In this document: positions 1-8,430 of the stretch, piece after piece
Layout of the letters: every line of letters starts with the position of its first letter
Numbering within the stretch: the first letter of the stretch is position 1
Assembly: GCA_035653615.1 (NCBI GenBank)
Contig: DASRBN010000037.1
Location: forward strand, 39,736-63,735
Length of the DNA stretch: 24,000 nt
Source of the DNA: Ktedonobacteraceae bacterium
GTDB lineage: Bacteria > Chloroflexota > Ktedonobacteria > Ktedonobacterales > Ktedonobacteraceae
Direction: 5' to 3'
The notes under the pieces: model-generated
Databases searched by the model: none
What the model saw: the letters and a program-made list of their open reading frames with translations, nothing else
Told to the model about the DNA's origin: nothing
Translations under genes and position numbers: made by a program

Positions 1-280
1 GACCTGCTGCGGTCCCAGTAGTTACCACTCCTATTGGATTTACCCCTAATTGACCCATTATGGGAGCATGCACACAACTTCTTGTTGCGCCAGTATCTAT
101 TAATGCAATACCAGTGATAGGTGAAGGAAGAGGTATTTGTTGCCTGGCATAAAGGTTTGCAAGTGCCTGGGGAATAGACACAGAAATATCAAGAATGGGG
201 CCATTGACAGTGAGTACTGCATGAGTTATTTGCTGGCCACCTGGGACATTCGCAAATGCTTGACTATTGTAAACTGGCAT
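1..280 (-). CDS. Retropepsin-like (clan AA) aspartic protease, N-terminal part; the 3' end lies beyond the window edge
   Basis: Absent from the ORF track because it has no stop in the window. My reverse-complement translation from the ATG at 280 gives MPVYNSQAFANVPGGQQITHAVLTVNGPILDISVSIPQALANLYARQQIPLPSPITGIALIDTGATRSCVHAPIMGQLGVNPIGVVTTGTAAG, open to position 1. ALIDTGAT matches the hydrophobic-hydrophobic-D-T-G-A retropepsin active-site signature. The ATG lies 8 nt downstream of the stop of the 289..549 gene. Confidence 0.6.
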   Translation of the reverse strand, partial: MPVYNSQAFANVPGGQQITHAVLTVNGPILDISVSIPQALANLYARQQIPLPSPITGIALIDTGATRSCVHAPIMGQLGVNPIGVVTTGTAAG

Positions 281-288
281 ACAAAACT

Positions 289-549
289 CTAAAAATTAAT
301 ATGGAGCAAACCAGCAGTTAAGGCAGGATAGAAAATAGTGTCATCGCCGTCCAGAACTTGCTTTATCAAAAAGGGTTGATTGCCAAATGTCTCAAGACCT
401 GCCTGATATGCTTCTGCATCTGTAGTAAATGCACCCGCTAACATCTCACCCTTAATCAGGACAAACTGACCCTTATAGAGTTTTTGATATTCTTGTTTGT
501 GTTTCTGAAAGTATTCAAGTTCGGTCTGTAAGGGATTTTGTTCGCTCAT
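289..549 (-). CDS. Small DUF5678-like protein, about 86 aa, function unknown
   Basis: ORF 289..585; I prefer the internal ATG at 549 (MSEQNPLQTELEYF...). The pattern YKGQFVLIKGEMLAGAFTTDAEAYQAG...PFLIKQV resembles the DUF5678 family (Y-x-G-x-W/F-V-hydrophobic, then an alpha helix). Family assignment is from memory, not a search. Confidence 0.5.
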   Translation of the reverse strand: MSEQNPLQTELEYFQKHKQEYQKLYKGQFVLIKGEMLAGAFTTDAEAYQAGLETFGNQPFLIKQVLDGDDTIFYPALTAGLLHINF

Positions 550-669
550 AGCAATGATCTTACCATGTAAATGCTCAGAAAACAAGTATAAATTCCCGGT
601 GATTACCCATAAATTCGCAAGAGGATTCGAGTGTGCGAGGGATTCTTATCAAATTCCGCACCGCAAGCT

Positions 670-724
670 TACGCGTTGTCCTCATTATAATATCATCAAC
701 AGGTGAAAATGAGAACAACGCGTA
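670..724 (-). terminator. Hairpin downstream of the transketolase operon (17-nt arms, 1 mismatch); possible terminator
   Basis: TACGCGTTGTCCTCATT (670-686) pairs with AATGAGAACAACGCGTA (708-724) and starts 13 nt after the stop of the 737..1630 gene. There is no clear U-tract on the minus-strand transcript, so termination is uncertain. Confidence 0.3.
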
Positions 725-736
725 AAAACTTTCTGC

Positions 737-1630
737 TTACTCCCTCAAAAACCGTTCCACCCTCCACCGAATCCCCTCCGGCGTCAACCCCAGCGCCTCA
801 TCGTGCTGTTTAGGCGTGCCATAACGGGATAGCACTTTATGAGGGACGCCGATGGACTCGATGGCGACCGGAACGCGATCCATCGCGGCGGAGATATCGG
901 GTATCAGCACGCCAGCGTAGTATGGCTCGACCAGCACGATCTTGTTACTGCGGCAATGCGCGCGGAATGTCTCAGCATCGAATGGCGCTACAGTAGTGCA
1001 GTAAAGTACGGTCACATCTAAATCCTTCACGGCTGGCAGCGTATAGGATAGGGAGGGACCTACCGCGAGAATTGTTGCCTGATTGCCGGTCTGAATCACT
1101 TCGAGCTTGCCAAAATGAACAGGGTAATCCTGGGAATTGGTTGAACCGCTCAGGCGATAGTACGTTGGCGAGCCATTGGCATATGATTCGCGGAAGAGCC
1201 TGTCGAATTCTCCAGCCGTCCCTGGAGCAACTATCTGCATGCCTGGCAGACTGCGCAAAATCTGTACATCACCGGGGCCGTGATGCGTCATACCCTCGGT
1301 GCTGTAGTCGTAGGAGGCTCCGATGCTGATGAAGTTGCCCTCCAATTCTTGATAGCAGAAATCGTCCTTGATCTGCTCGAAAGGACGCTCGACCAGGAAT
1401 GGTGTGATGCTGTGCAATATCGGGATGAAGCCTTCCAGGGCCATACCGGCCGCTACGCTGGTCATCGTCTGCTCCATAATTCCCACATTGATGATGCGCT
1501 CTGATCGGAGAGCCGCATTGAAGACTTCGACACTTATATCGCTGAGTACGAGGACAAGCCGTTCGTCATTCTCCAGCAGTTCGCTCACGGTCCGAATCAT
1601 TTGCTGCCGCATTGTCATGGTTGTCGTCAT
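737..1630 (-). CDS. Transketolase, C-terminal (pyrimidine-binding plus C-terminal domain) subunit
   Basis: 297 aa. NVGIMEQTMTSVAAGMALEG, ERPFEQIKDD, GMTHHGPGDVQILRSLPGM and VGVPH are typical of split transketolase B subunits. It lies 22 nt downstream of the A subunit. Confidence 0.88.
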   Translation of the reverse strand: MTTTMTMRQQMIRTVSELLENDERLVLVLSDISVEVFNAALRSERIINVGIMEQTMTSVAAGMALEGFIPILHSITPFLVERPFEQIKDDFCYQELEGNFISIGASYDYSTEGMTHHGPGDVQILRSLPGMQIVAPGTAGEFDRLFRESYANGSPTYYRLSGSTNSQDYPVHFGKLEVIQTGNQATILAVGPSLSYTLPAVKDLDVTVLYCTTVAPFDAETFRAHCRSNKIVLVEPYYAGVLIPDISAAMDRVPVAIESIGVPHKVLSRYGTPKQHDEALGLTPEGIRWRVERFLRE

Positions 1631-1652
1631 TATTATTTCTCTCCTGTGTTAG

Positions 1653-2333
1653 CTAGTCCAGTATCTCCGCGATAACTACTGTGGGACGGTCTGGATCGGT
1701 TCTTGATAGCGCTTGATAGATTTGTTCGTGATCGCGGCCATTAATAGTGGTCGTGGCCCAGCCGAAAGCAGCGAATTTTGCTGCCGGGTCGCCGAGATCT
1801 TCAGAACTGGAGTGATTATTGACCAGGATGCAGGTCAGGCGCGAAAGATGCCGGAATCCGGCCAGAAGGGCGGCCTCCCAGATAGTGCCCTCGTTGCACT
1901 CACCATCCCCAATCAATACGAAGACCCTGGCCGGATTCCGCTTAATGCGCAGCGCCATCGCCATGCCGACCGCCATCGGAAAACCGTGTCCCAGCGAACC
2001 GGTAGATGCTTCTACACCCGGCACCTGGTTACGATCAGGGTGCGTGCCCAGAATACTGTCCCACTTCATGAAAGTCGGCAACAGAGAAGGTGAGAAAAAG
2101 CCCTTGTCGGCCAGGATAGCGTAGAACGCGACGCAGCCATGTCCCTTGCTTAATACAAAGCGGTCCCGGTCTTCGCTTCTGGGGTTTTTGGGGTCATAGC
2201 GTAGGATGCGATCATACAACACCCATAACACGTCGAGAGTAGAACTTGTGCTGCTGCTATGCTTCTCGTCACCACGAGTTATATCCATCAGTTGGCGGAT
2301 ACGAAAAAGATCAGCGTTCATGATTTGCTCCAT
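1653..2333 (-). CDS. Transketolase, N-terminal (TPP-binding) subunit, compact form
   Basis: 226 aa. RDRFVLSKGHGCVAFYAILADKG, GSLGHGFPMAVGMA and the TPP motif GDGECNEGTIWEAALLAG...NN are present. It is shorter than the usual subunit of about 270 aa. Confidence 0.85.
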   Translation of the reverse strand: MEQIMNADLFRIRQLMDITRGDEKHSSSTSSTLDVLWVLYDRILRYDPKNPRSEDRDRFVLSKGHGCVAFYAILADKGFFSPSLLPTFMKWDSILGTHPDRNQVPGVEASTGSLGHGFPMAVGMAMALRIKRNPARVFVLIGDGECNEGTIWEAALLAGFRHLSRLTCILVNNHSSSEDLGDPAAKFAAFGWATTTINGRDHEQIYQALSRTDPDRPTVVIAEILD

Positions 2334-2731
2334 ATAACTGTTTACTTAAAATCCTAAAAACAGTCTACAAGGAGCATCGCTCACAGACAAGGCGCTAAAG
2401 GCCAGTTATGTACTGTCCCGAAGGACAGTTAATGTATGATCTTACTATGCAAAAAAACCTTTCCCTATTTATTTATAGCCGATATCTTATAGCCAATGTT
2501 ATCATCAAGCCAGGCTTCTCTATAGAAGTAGAGTTTGCCGAAAATAGCGATACCAGAAAAAAAGTATGCGCACAGCATAGGTCTTCGGATTACCCAAAAG
2601 ATAACCAAACAGAGGCCATCTACGTACATGTAAGCAGAAACACAAGCACGAACGGCTGTGTAAACAAACGACAGCCGTTTTATAATAGAACTAGATGAAT
2701 CAAATCAGGAAAGCCGAGAGATAAGGACCTT

Positions 2732-3916
2732 ATGCGTATCATACTTTACCTTGGGAAAGGCGGCGTTGGTAAAACAACCATTGCCGCCGCGACTGCTGTT
2801 CGTTCTGCCGCGTTGGGCAAACGTACTCTTGTGGTAAGCACAGACCTGGCACATAGTCTTGCCGATTGCCTCAATACTCCACTTACATCAGAGCCGAAGG
2901 AACTATCGCCAAACCTGTGGGCGCAGGAAGTCAATGTGCTGGAAGAGATGCGTCACGGTTGGGGCAAAGTGCAGGCATCGATGAGCAAAGTGCTGCGCAA
3001 GCAGGGGTTAGATTCGATAATGTCGGAAGAACTGGCCCTCATACCAGGGATGGATGAGATTGTCAGCCTGCTCAATATCTATCGCAATGCGCGCGACGGC
3101 AACTTCGAGGTCGTTATAATCGATGCTGCTCCCACCGGCGAGACGGTACGCCTGCTTAGCATGCCCGATACTTTTCAGTGGTACGCGGGTCGTATCATGA
3201 GCCTCAACAGCGGCACGCTCAGTCTCGCGCGCCCGTTGATCAAGGCTTTCATGCCCTCCGGGGAGATCTTAGATACAATCAATCTCCTCAGCGAGCGCGT
3301 CAAAGTGTTGCGCGGCGTTCTGAGCAATCCCGATATCAGTTCTTATAGACCGGTGGTCAATCCGGAACGCATGGTGATCAAAGAGGCACTGCGCGCGGAA
3401 ACCTACCTGGCGCTCTTCGGTTACCCCATCGATGGCGTGGTATGCAATCGCGTCATTCAACCCGGCAATTATGCCGATCCTTTTATGCAGGAACTCTACC
3501 GCAACCAGGAGAAGCTGCGCAACCAGATACACGCAACGTTCTCGCCTCTGCCAATCTGGGAAGCCCCCTATTATTCGCACGAAATACTCGGTATTCCACA
3601 GCTCAGTGAGTTAGCCCAGGAAGTGTTTGGCGATACCGACCCCACGCGTGTCTTCTACCGCGGACCGATCCAGGAAGTATTCCGCCAGGGAGATACCTAT
3701 GTACTGCGCCTGCCCCTGCCACATGTGGAGATGGACAAGGTTGTGATGACCAAAAAAGGCGACGAGATGATCGTCGAGATCGGCAATTTCAAGCGCGATA
3801 TCACGCTGCCCGCCATGCTGGCCAATTCGGAGGCGACGGTCGCAAAATTTGTGAATAAGGCGCTGGAGATCCACTTTGCGGCGCCGGATACCTCATCTAC
3901 ATCAGAGGTGGCTTAA
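2732..3916 (+). CDS. ArsA/GET3-family ATPase with a C-terminal HSP20 (alpha-crystallin)-like domain
   Basis: 394 aa. Deviant Walker A GKGGVGKTT, then VVSTDLAHSL and DAAPTGETVRLL (the switch region typical of the ArsA/TRC40 family). The C-terminal approx. 80 aa (YVLRLPLPHVEMDKVVMTKKGDEMIVEIGNFKRDITLP) looks like the HSP20-like domain seen on single-domain ArsA homologues. Confidence 0.85.
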   Translation: MRIILYLGKGGVGKTTIAAATAVRSAALGKRTLVVSTDLAHSLADCLNTPLTSEPKELSPNLWAQEVNVLEEMRHGWGKVQASMSKVLRKQGLDSIMSEELALIPGMDEIVSLLNIYRNARDGNFEVVIIDAAPTGETVRLLSMPDTFQWYAGRIMSLNSGTLSLARPLIKAFMPSGEILDTINLLSERVKVLRGVLSNPDISSYRPVVNPERMVIKEALRAETYLALFGYPIDGVVCNRVIQPGNYADPFMQELYRNQEKLRNQIHATFSPLPIWEAPYYSHEILGIPQLSELAQEVFGDTDPTRVFYRGPIQEVFRQGDTYVLRLPLPHVEMDKVVMTKKGDEMIVEIGNFKRDITLPAMLANSEATVAKFVNKALEIHFAAPDTSSTSEVA

Positions 3917-3936
3917 CCGGTCTTTTAGAAAGGTCT

Positions 3937-3967
3937 GGGAGCATCTTAAGAGATGCTCCCATTTTTT
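3937..3967 (+). terminator. Rho-independent terminator of the ArsA-like gene, placed between convergent genes
   Basis: GGGAGCATCT (3937-3946), loop TAAG, AGATGCTCCC (3951-3960): a perfect 10-bp stem followed by ATTTTTT. Confidence 0.75.
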
Positions 3968-3971
3968 GTCC

Positions 3972-4661
3972 CTATGGGCGTGGGGCATTCGAATTATCGA
4001 AAATATCCGGTTCATCAGTGCCGGGCCGGACAGGCTGCTCGAAGAAGCTATCCTTATCGAGATCGGGCTTATTCCATTTGACCGGCCTATCGTATTTTTG
4101 CGTCGCCTCGTCTTCGACGCTGTTGCTGGCAATGACATCAGGATCGACCGGCTGGCCGAAACGACTATTGGCCTCTAACGCCCCATTACGTCGCAGTATG
4201 TCAAGCGCCTCGATGATGCGATCACCTGCCCTGACCGTTACGATAATGCGCCCTGCCTCGAACTCCTGCTGATAGTGGCGGGCATCCTCTTCGGGTATGC
4301 CGAGCGCGATCATCGCTCCAAGAAAACCACCTGCGACCGCTCCCAGCGCTATTCCGCTCAAGGTAGCGGCGAGAATGCCACCTGCTATCGCCGGGCCAAA
4401 ACCGGGGATCAGCAGGGACACAGCAGCGCTTAACAGGCCACCAATTACTCCGCCTGAGACGGCTCCTGTCGCGGCGCCTGCTGCCGTTGTCGTCTCAGGT
4501 TCTGCAACACGCGGAACGCTTTCCTGTATTGTCTCGTCACGAACCGCGAACCCAACCTGGTCATTACTAAAACCGGCCTGGTGAAGTTCATTTAAGGCAC
4601 GCTCTGCCAAAGCCCTGTCCTCGAAGACTCCTACCACTGTTGAACGTTCGGTTGTTGTCAT
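3972..4661 (-). CDS. General-stress-type membrane protein (YflT-like ends flanking a glycine-zipper segment)
   Basis: 229 aa. The N-terminus VVGVFEDRALAERALNELHQAGFSNDQVGF and the later GIPEEDARHYQQEFEAGRIIVTV resemble general stress protein 17M/YflT-type repeats. The central part, GAATGAVSGGVIGGLL...GGILAATLSGIALGAVAGGFLGA, is Gly/Ala-zipper transmembrane material. Confidence 0.6.
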   Translation of the reverse strand: MTTTERSTVVGVFEDRALAERALNELHQAGFSNDQVGFAVRDETIQESVPRVAEPETTTAAGAATGAVSGGVIGGLLSAAVSLLIPGFGPAIAGGILAATLSGIALGAVAGGFLGAMIALGIPEEDARHYQQEFEAGRIIVTVRAGDRIIEALDILRRNGALEANSRFGQPVDPDVIASNSVEDEATQKYDRPVKWNKPDLDKDSFFEQPVRPGTDEPDIFDNSNAPRP

Positions 4662-4813
4662 ACATTCACTCCTTATGTGTTATGATGAGATGCCTGTTGG
4701 CATCCAGATGTTGAATTTCGTAACCCCGCTATTGACACGGTTGAAGTTAGCGTAAAGTTACATGAGTAGCCGCGCCATCGATACCTACACAGCTAGTAAC
4801 AGCCACCTCTTTA

Positions 4814-4822
4814 TGTTAGAAT
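4814..4822 (+). promoter_or_regulatory. Extended -10 element (TGtTAGAAT), candidate promoter for the DUF433/DUF5615 pair
   Basis: TG at 4814-4815 and TAGAAT at 4817-4822, about 117 nt upstream of the ATG at 4939. There is no good -35. Confidence 0.3.
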
Positions 4823-4938
4823 GATGGCAACGGTCAGACTCATGGCGAATCGTAACGAGCAAGAGCGACTTCTCAATGTGAAGTGATATCTCGTGATGTA
4901 TATCATAAGAAACATTTGAAAGGAGAGAGAGGAAAATT

Positions 4939-5271
4939 ATGAAGTTGGAAGAATACTTTGACTTCTTGTCGGAAGACGATATTCGTCTCAAGGGCACTAG
5001 AATCGGCATCGAAACTATTCTTTATGATTATATACATCGTCAACGCTCACCAGAAGTCATTGCGAGAACGTATCCTTCACTTACCCTTGAGCAAGTTTAT
5101 GCCACAATCCTTTATTATCTTCACAATAAAGATGCCGTATCAAAGTATCTGTCAGATTGGTTAGAGTGGGGGAGGGAAGAACGAAGGCGGCAGGCCAGTC
5201 ACCCGTCACCGGTCAGTCAAAGGATTCGAAAGATTAAAGAGGAGAGGCAGGCTTACAAAGGAATCGCATGA
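4939..5271 (+). CDS. DUF433 domain protein (putative antitoxin)
   Basis: 110 aa. GTRIGIETILYDYIHRQRSPEVIARTYPSLTLEQVYATILYYLHNKD matches the DUF433 helix-turn-helix-like core. RBS AGGAGAGAGAGG is upstream. The stop overlaps the next start in ATGA (5268-5271). Confidence 0.75.
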   Translation: MKLEEYFDFLSEDDIRLKGTRIGIETILYDYIHRQRSPEVIARTYPSLTLEQVYATILYYLHNKDAVSKYLSDWLEWGREERRRQASHPSPVSQRIRKIKEERQAYKGIA

Positions 5272-5600
5272 GTATTCGCTATCTCATGGATGAAAATATT
5301 GATCCACTTTATAAGGCTCAATTGTTGTGGAAGAAACCTGATCTTGTGGTATATGCTGTGGGAGATCCAGGCTCTCCAGTCAAGGGAACACTTGATCCAG
5401 AAATTTTATATTGGTGTGAAGAAAACGGTTTTATTCTTGTTACTAACAACCGCAAGTCCATGCCTACTCATCTTGGAGAACATCTAGCGCAAGGACGGCA
5501 TATCCCTGGTATCATTACCCTCAATGGAGAGATGAGCGTCGGAGAAACAATAGAAGAGCTTATTTTAATTGCTGAGATAGGCACAATTAGCGATTTCTAA
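5268..5600 (+). CDS. DUF5615-family PIN-like/Mut7-C-like nuclease (putative toxin)
   Basis: 110 aa. The N-terminal YLMDENI acidic motif and later ILVTNN are typical of DUF5615 PIN-like proteins, which are usually paired with DUF433. Confidence 0.7.
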   Translation: MSIRYLMDENIDPLYKAQLLWKKPDLVVYAVGDPGSPVKGTLDPEILYWCEENGFILVTNNRKSMPTHLGEHLAQGRHIPGIITLNGEMSVGETIEELILIAEIGTISDF

Positions 5601-5655
5601 GACCGCATTGAGTATCTACCTGTTACCTAATTTCTTTTTTTAAGTTGTAATAACC

Positions 5656-8430
5656 ATGCCAGATCAAATTAATGCCCAGCTTGCCCAATATATTGAGCGG
5701 GCGCGTAAAGTTATACAGTATGAACAGCGTGGAAATCATCAGGATCGCGTCGTGAGAGGCGGCCTGGAATTGTTCGCGGTGCATTGGGCCGATGAAGTGA
5801 GTGCCATTTGCCAAAATGCCGGACTTGACCTCACTCCCATTCATCGCTTCACCGAACACCTGGAGGGCTATCGCCAGCAGGACCCGATGCAGCGGGCCGC
5901 CAGCCTGCGTGCCGTTCTCGCCATCCTGAGCGAGCTTGGCAGCGATAGTCAGAATGGCCAGCAGGTGGAGAACACTCCTGTCAATACGGCAGACCTCGGA
6001 CGCGATCAACCGGGTATTTCAACGCATAGGAATATACCTTCTGTACGCGCTGAAACGTATGGGAGTAAGACAGCGGGTTCAGCAGCAAAAACTGCTTCAA
6101 CCGGTGGCAAGACCTCATCGCACGCTCAAACAGCCTCTGACAGTGTCAACGAGGGTGCTAAGGCTCAACAGGTCGTTCAACCGGCGCGATCTTCTAATGG
6201 AACAGCGCAAAATCCTATTCACCTGGAAGCCGGTATGTCGGCAGGCCATACCGCTCTCACATTGTTGAGCGCCGATATTACTGCAGTGCCGGGGGTAGGA
6301 CCATCGGTAGCGGCGAAGTTGCGCAGCCTGGGTATTCGCAGCGTGCGCGAGCTGCTCTTTTACTTCCCGCGCCAGCACCGCGACTATAGCAAGCTTACAA
6401 AAATTGCTCAGCTTCCCTTTAACGAGGTGACAACCACCATTGGCCTCATCTGGGAAGTGGAGACGACGCATGGTGGCGGCAGGCGGACACGCACAATGGC
6501 AACTATCTCGGACGATACCGGCAAACTGAAGGTGATGTGGTTCAACCAGCCCTATTTACAGAAGCAATTGCAAGCCGCCAAAGGCTCTTATCTGGTTGTA
6601 ACGGGTGTCAAGCAGCGCTTCGGCAACAAAATCGAGTTCGTCGTGCGCAGTCACGAACTGCCGGAACAGGGCGACCTCTTGAACACAGGGCGATTGGTAC
6701 CTATTTATCCCCTCACAGAAGGCCTGCATGCCAAGACGCTGCGGCGCTTCACCAAGTGGGCCATTGACCGTTACGCCGCCATGGTGCCAGAATTTTTGCC
6801 GGCCTCAATTCGCTCCGCGGCCAGGCTTATGCCCTTGCCTGAAGCTGTGTCGCAGATACATTACCCAGAAAATGAGGATGCGCTGTTCGCCGCTCGCCGC
6901 CGCCTGGCTTTCGATGAATTGTTCTTGATCCAGCTTGGTATGCAGGAGCGGCGCACGCGCTGGCAGCGCGAGGCTCCAGAGGGCCATGCCTTCGACATCG
7001 ATCTGGAAAAAGTCTTCATTGACACCGCGGATATTCCTGAAGCCTTCAACAAAAGAGAAAAGGGACAAGGCAAGATCGATGAACAGGCGCTGGCGGGTTC
7101 TACTCTCTGGTCAACGATGGCCACGGATAAGCCTTTCGAGGCCACGCTGCCGTTTCGTTTTACCCAGGCCCAGCGCCGCGTGATTATCGAGATTTTTGGC
7201 GATCTTGCGCAAAGCAAACCGATGTCACGTCTTTTACAAGGAGATGTCGGCGCGGGCAAAACGGCTGTAGCGGCGGCGGCGCTGCTCATGGCGGCCCTCA
7301 ATGGCTACCAGGGAGCGATTATGGCGCCGACCGAATTGCTCGCGGAACAGCATGCCCACAGTATCAGCGCCATGCTGGAGCCGTTCGGTATTCGAACTGT
7401 CTTGCTTACCGGGAGTTTGCGACAGCGCGAGCGGGCGATGGGACGGGCCGCTATCGAGAATGGGCAGGCGGCGGTCGCCATTGGCACGCACGCGCTGATT
7501 CAAGAGGATGTGAATTTCTCGCGCTTAGGCCTGGTCATCGTCGATGAGCAGCATCGTTTCGGCGTCGAACAGCGCGATGCGCTGCGACAAAAGGGCTATC
7601 ACCCGCATATGCTGGTGATGACAGCTACACCTATTCCACGCACGCTGGCCCTGACACTTTATGGCGACCTGGACGTTTCGGTGATTGACCAGCTGCCGCC
7701 TGGACGCCAGAGGATTATTACACGCTGGCGGGCGGGCAATCGTCGCGACGAGGCTTATAAGTTGATTGCCCAGCAGGTCGCGGAAGGCAGGCAGGCCTTT
7801 ATCATCTGTCCCTTGATCGAAGAGTCTGAAACGCTGGCGGTCAAAGCGGCTACCGTCGAATATGAGCGATTGAGTCGCGATGTCTTTCCCAATCTACGCC
7901 TGGGCCTGCTGCACGGGGGCATGAAGTCGAACGAGAAGGATATGGTGATGCGCCAGTTCCGCGATGGTGCCCTGGATATACTGGTAGCGACCTCGGTAAT
8001 AGAGGTAGGCATCGATGTGCCGAATGCCACGGTAATGGTAATCGAGGATGCCGATAGATTCGGTCTTTCGCAACTGCACCAGTTTCGCGGGCGCGTTGGT
8101 CGTGGCAAATACCAGTCGTATTGCTATGTACTGAGCGCGGATGCAAGCCTGCAGGCGCAAGAACGCCTGGAAGTATTTCAGATAACGGACGATGGCTTCC
8201 GGCTGGCAGAGCAGGATCTGAAACTGCGCGGGCCAGGGGACTTTTTTGGGGTGCGCCAGAGCGGTGTGCCGGAACTGCGCATGGCCGACCTGAGCGATAC
8301 ACCATTGATCGAACTATCGCGCTCGCTGGCCGCGAAGCTGTGGGAGAGCGACCCTTATTTGCGCAAGCCTGAGCATACAGCATTGCGCGAAAGAATGCAC
8401 CTGTTCTGGCAAGGTTTTATGGCACATTAA
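5656..8430 (+). CDS. recG: ATP-dependent DNA helicase RecG with a long N-terminal extension
   Basis: 924 aa. It has the wedge-domain region, helicase motif I GDVGAGKT, motif II DEQHRFG, TATPIPRT and QLHQFRGRVGRG, plus the TRG-type C-terminus LRGPGDFFGVRQSG. Canonical RecG similarity starts only near residue 200. Confidence 0.92.
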   Translation: MPDQINAQLAQYIERARKVIQYEQRGNHQDRVVRGGLELFAVHWADEVSAICQNAGLDLTPIHRFTEHLEGYRQQDPMQRAASLRAVLAILSELGSDSQNGQQVENTPVNTADLGRDQPGISTHRNIPSVRAETYGSKTAGSAAKTASTGGKTSSHAQTASDSVNEGAKAQQVVQPARSSNGTAQNPIHLEAGMSAGHTALTLLSADITAVPGVGPSVAAKLRSLGIRSVRELLFYFPRQHRDYSKLTKIAQLPFNEVTTTIGLIWEVETTHGGGRRTRTMATISDDTGKLKVMWFNQPYLQKQLQAAKGSYLVVTGVKQRFGNKIEFVVRSHELPEQGDLLNTGRLVPIYPLTEGLHAKTLRRFTKWAIDRYAAMVPEFLPASIRSAARLMPLPEAVSQIHYPENEDALFAARRRLAFDELFLIQLGMQERRTRWQREAPEGHAFDIDLEKVFIDTADIPEAFNKREKGQGKIDEQALAGSTLWSTMATDKPFEATLPFRFTQAQRRVIIEIFGDLAQSKPMSRLLQGDVGAGKTAVAAAALLMAALNGYQGAIMAPTELLAEQHAHSISAMLEPFGIRTVLLTGSLRQRERAMGRAAIENGQAAVAIGTHALIQEDVNFSRLGLVIVDEQHRFGVEQRDALRQKGYHPHMLVMTATPIPRTLALTLYGDLDVSVIDQLPPGRQRIITRWRAGNRRDEAYKLIAQQVAEGRQAFIICPLIEESETLAVKAATVEYERLSRDVFPNLRLGLLHGGMKSNEKDMVMRQFRDGALDILVATSVIEVGIDVPNATVMVIEDADRFGLSQLHQFRGRVGRGKYQSYCYVLSADASLQAQERLEVFQITDDGFRLAEQDLKLRGPGDFFGVRQSGVPELRMADLSDTPLIELSRSLAAKLWESDPYLRKPEHTALRERMHLFWQGFMAH

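Noticed and set aside
1653-2333. Considered flagging the short (226 aa) transketolase N-subunit as aberrant or a pseudogene
   Set aside because: The reading frame is intact, the TPP-binding GDG...NN motif and SKGH motif are present, and it is correctly paired with a C-subunit. Split and compact transketolase-like pairs are widespread.
2408-2698. 96-aa ORF in the transketolase/ArsA divergent intergenic region
   Set aside because: It is AT-rich with an implausible residue composition and no SD. It runs through a terminator-like hairpin and occupies what must be promoter space for two divergent operons.
6861-8383. Several 80-177-aa antisense or off-frame ORFs inside recG (for example 6861..7301, 7755..8108 and 7850..8383 on the minus strand)
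   Set aside because: They lie entirely within a confidently identified helicase gene. Their Arg/Pro/Ser/Ala-rich composition is typical of shadow frames in GC-biased coding DNA.
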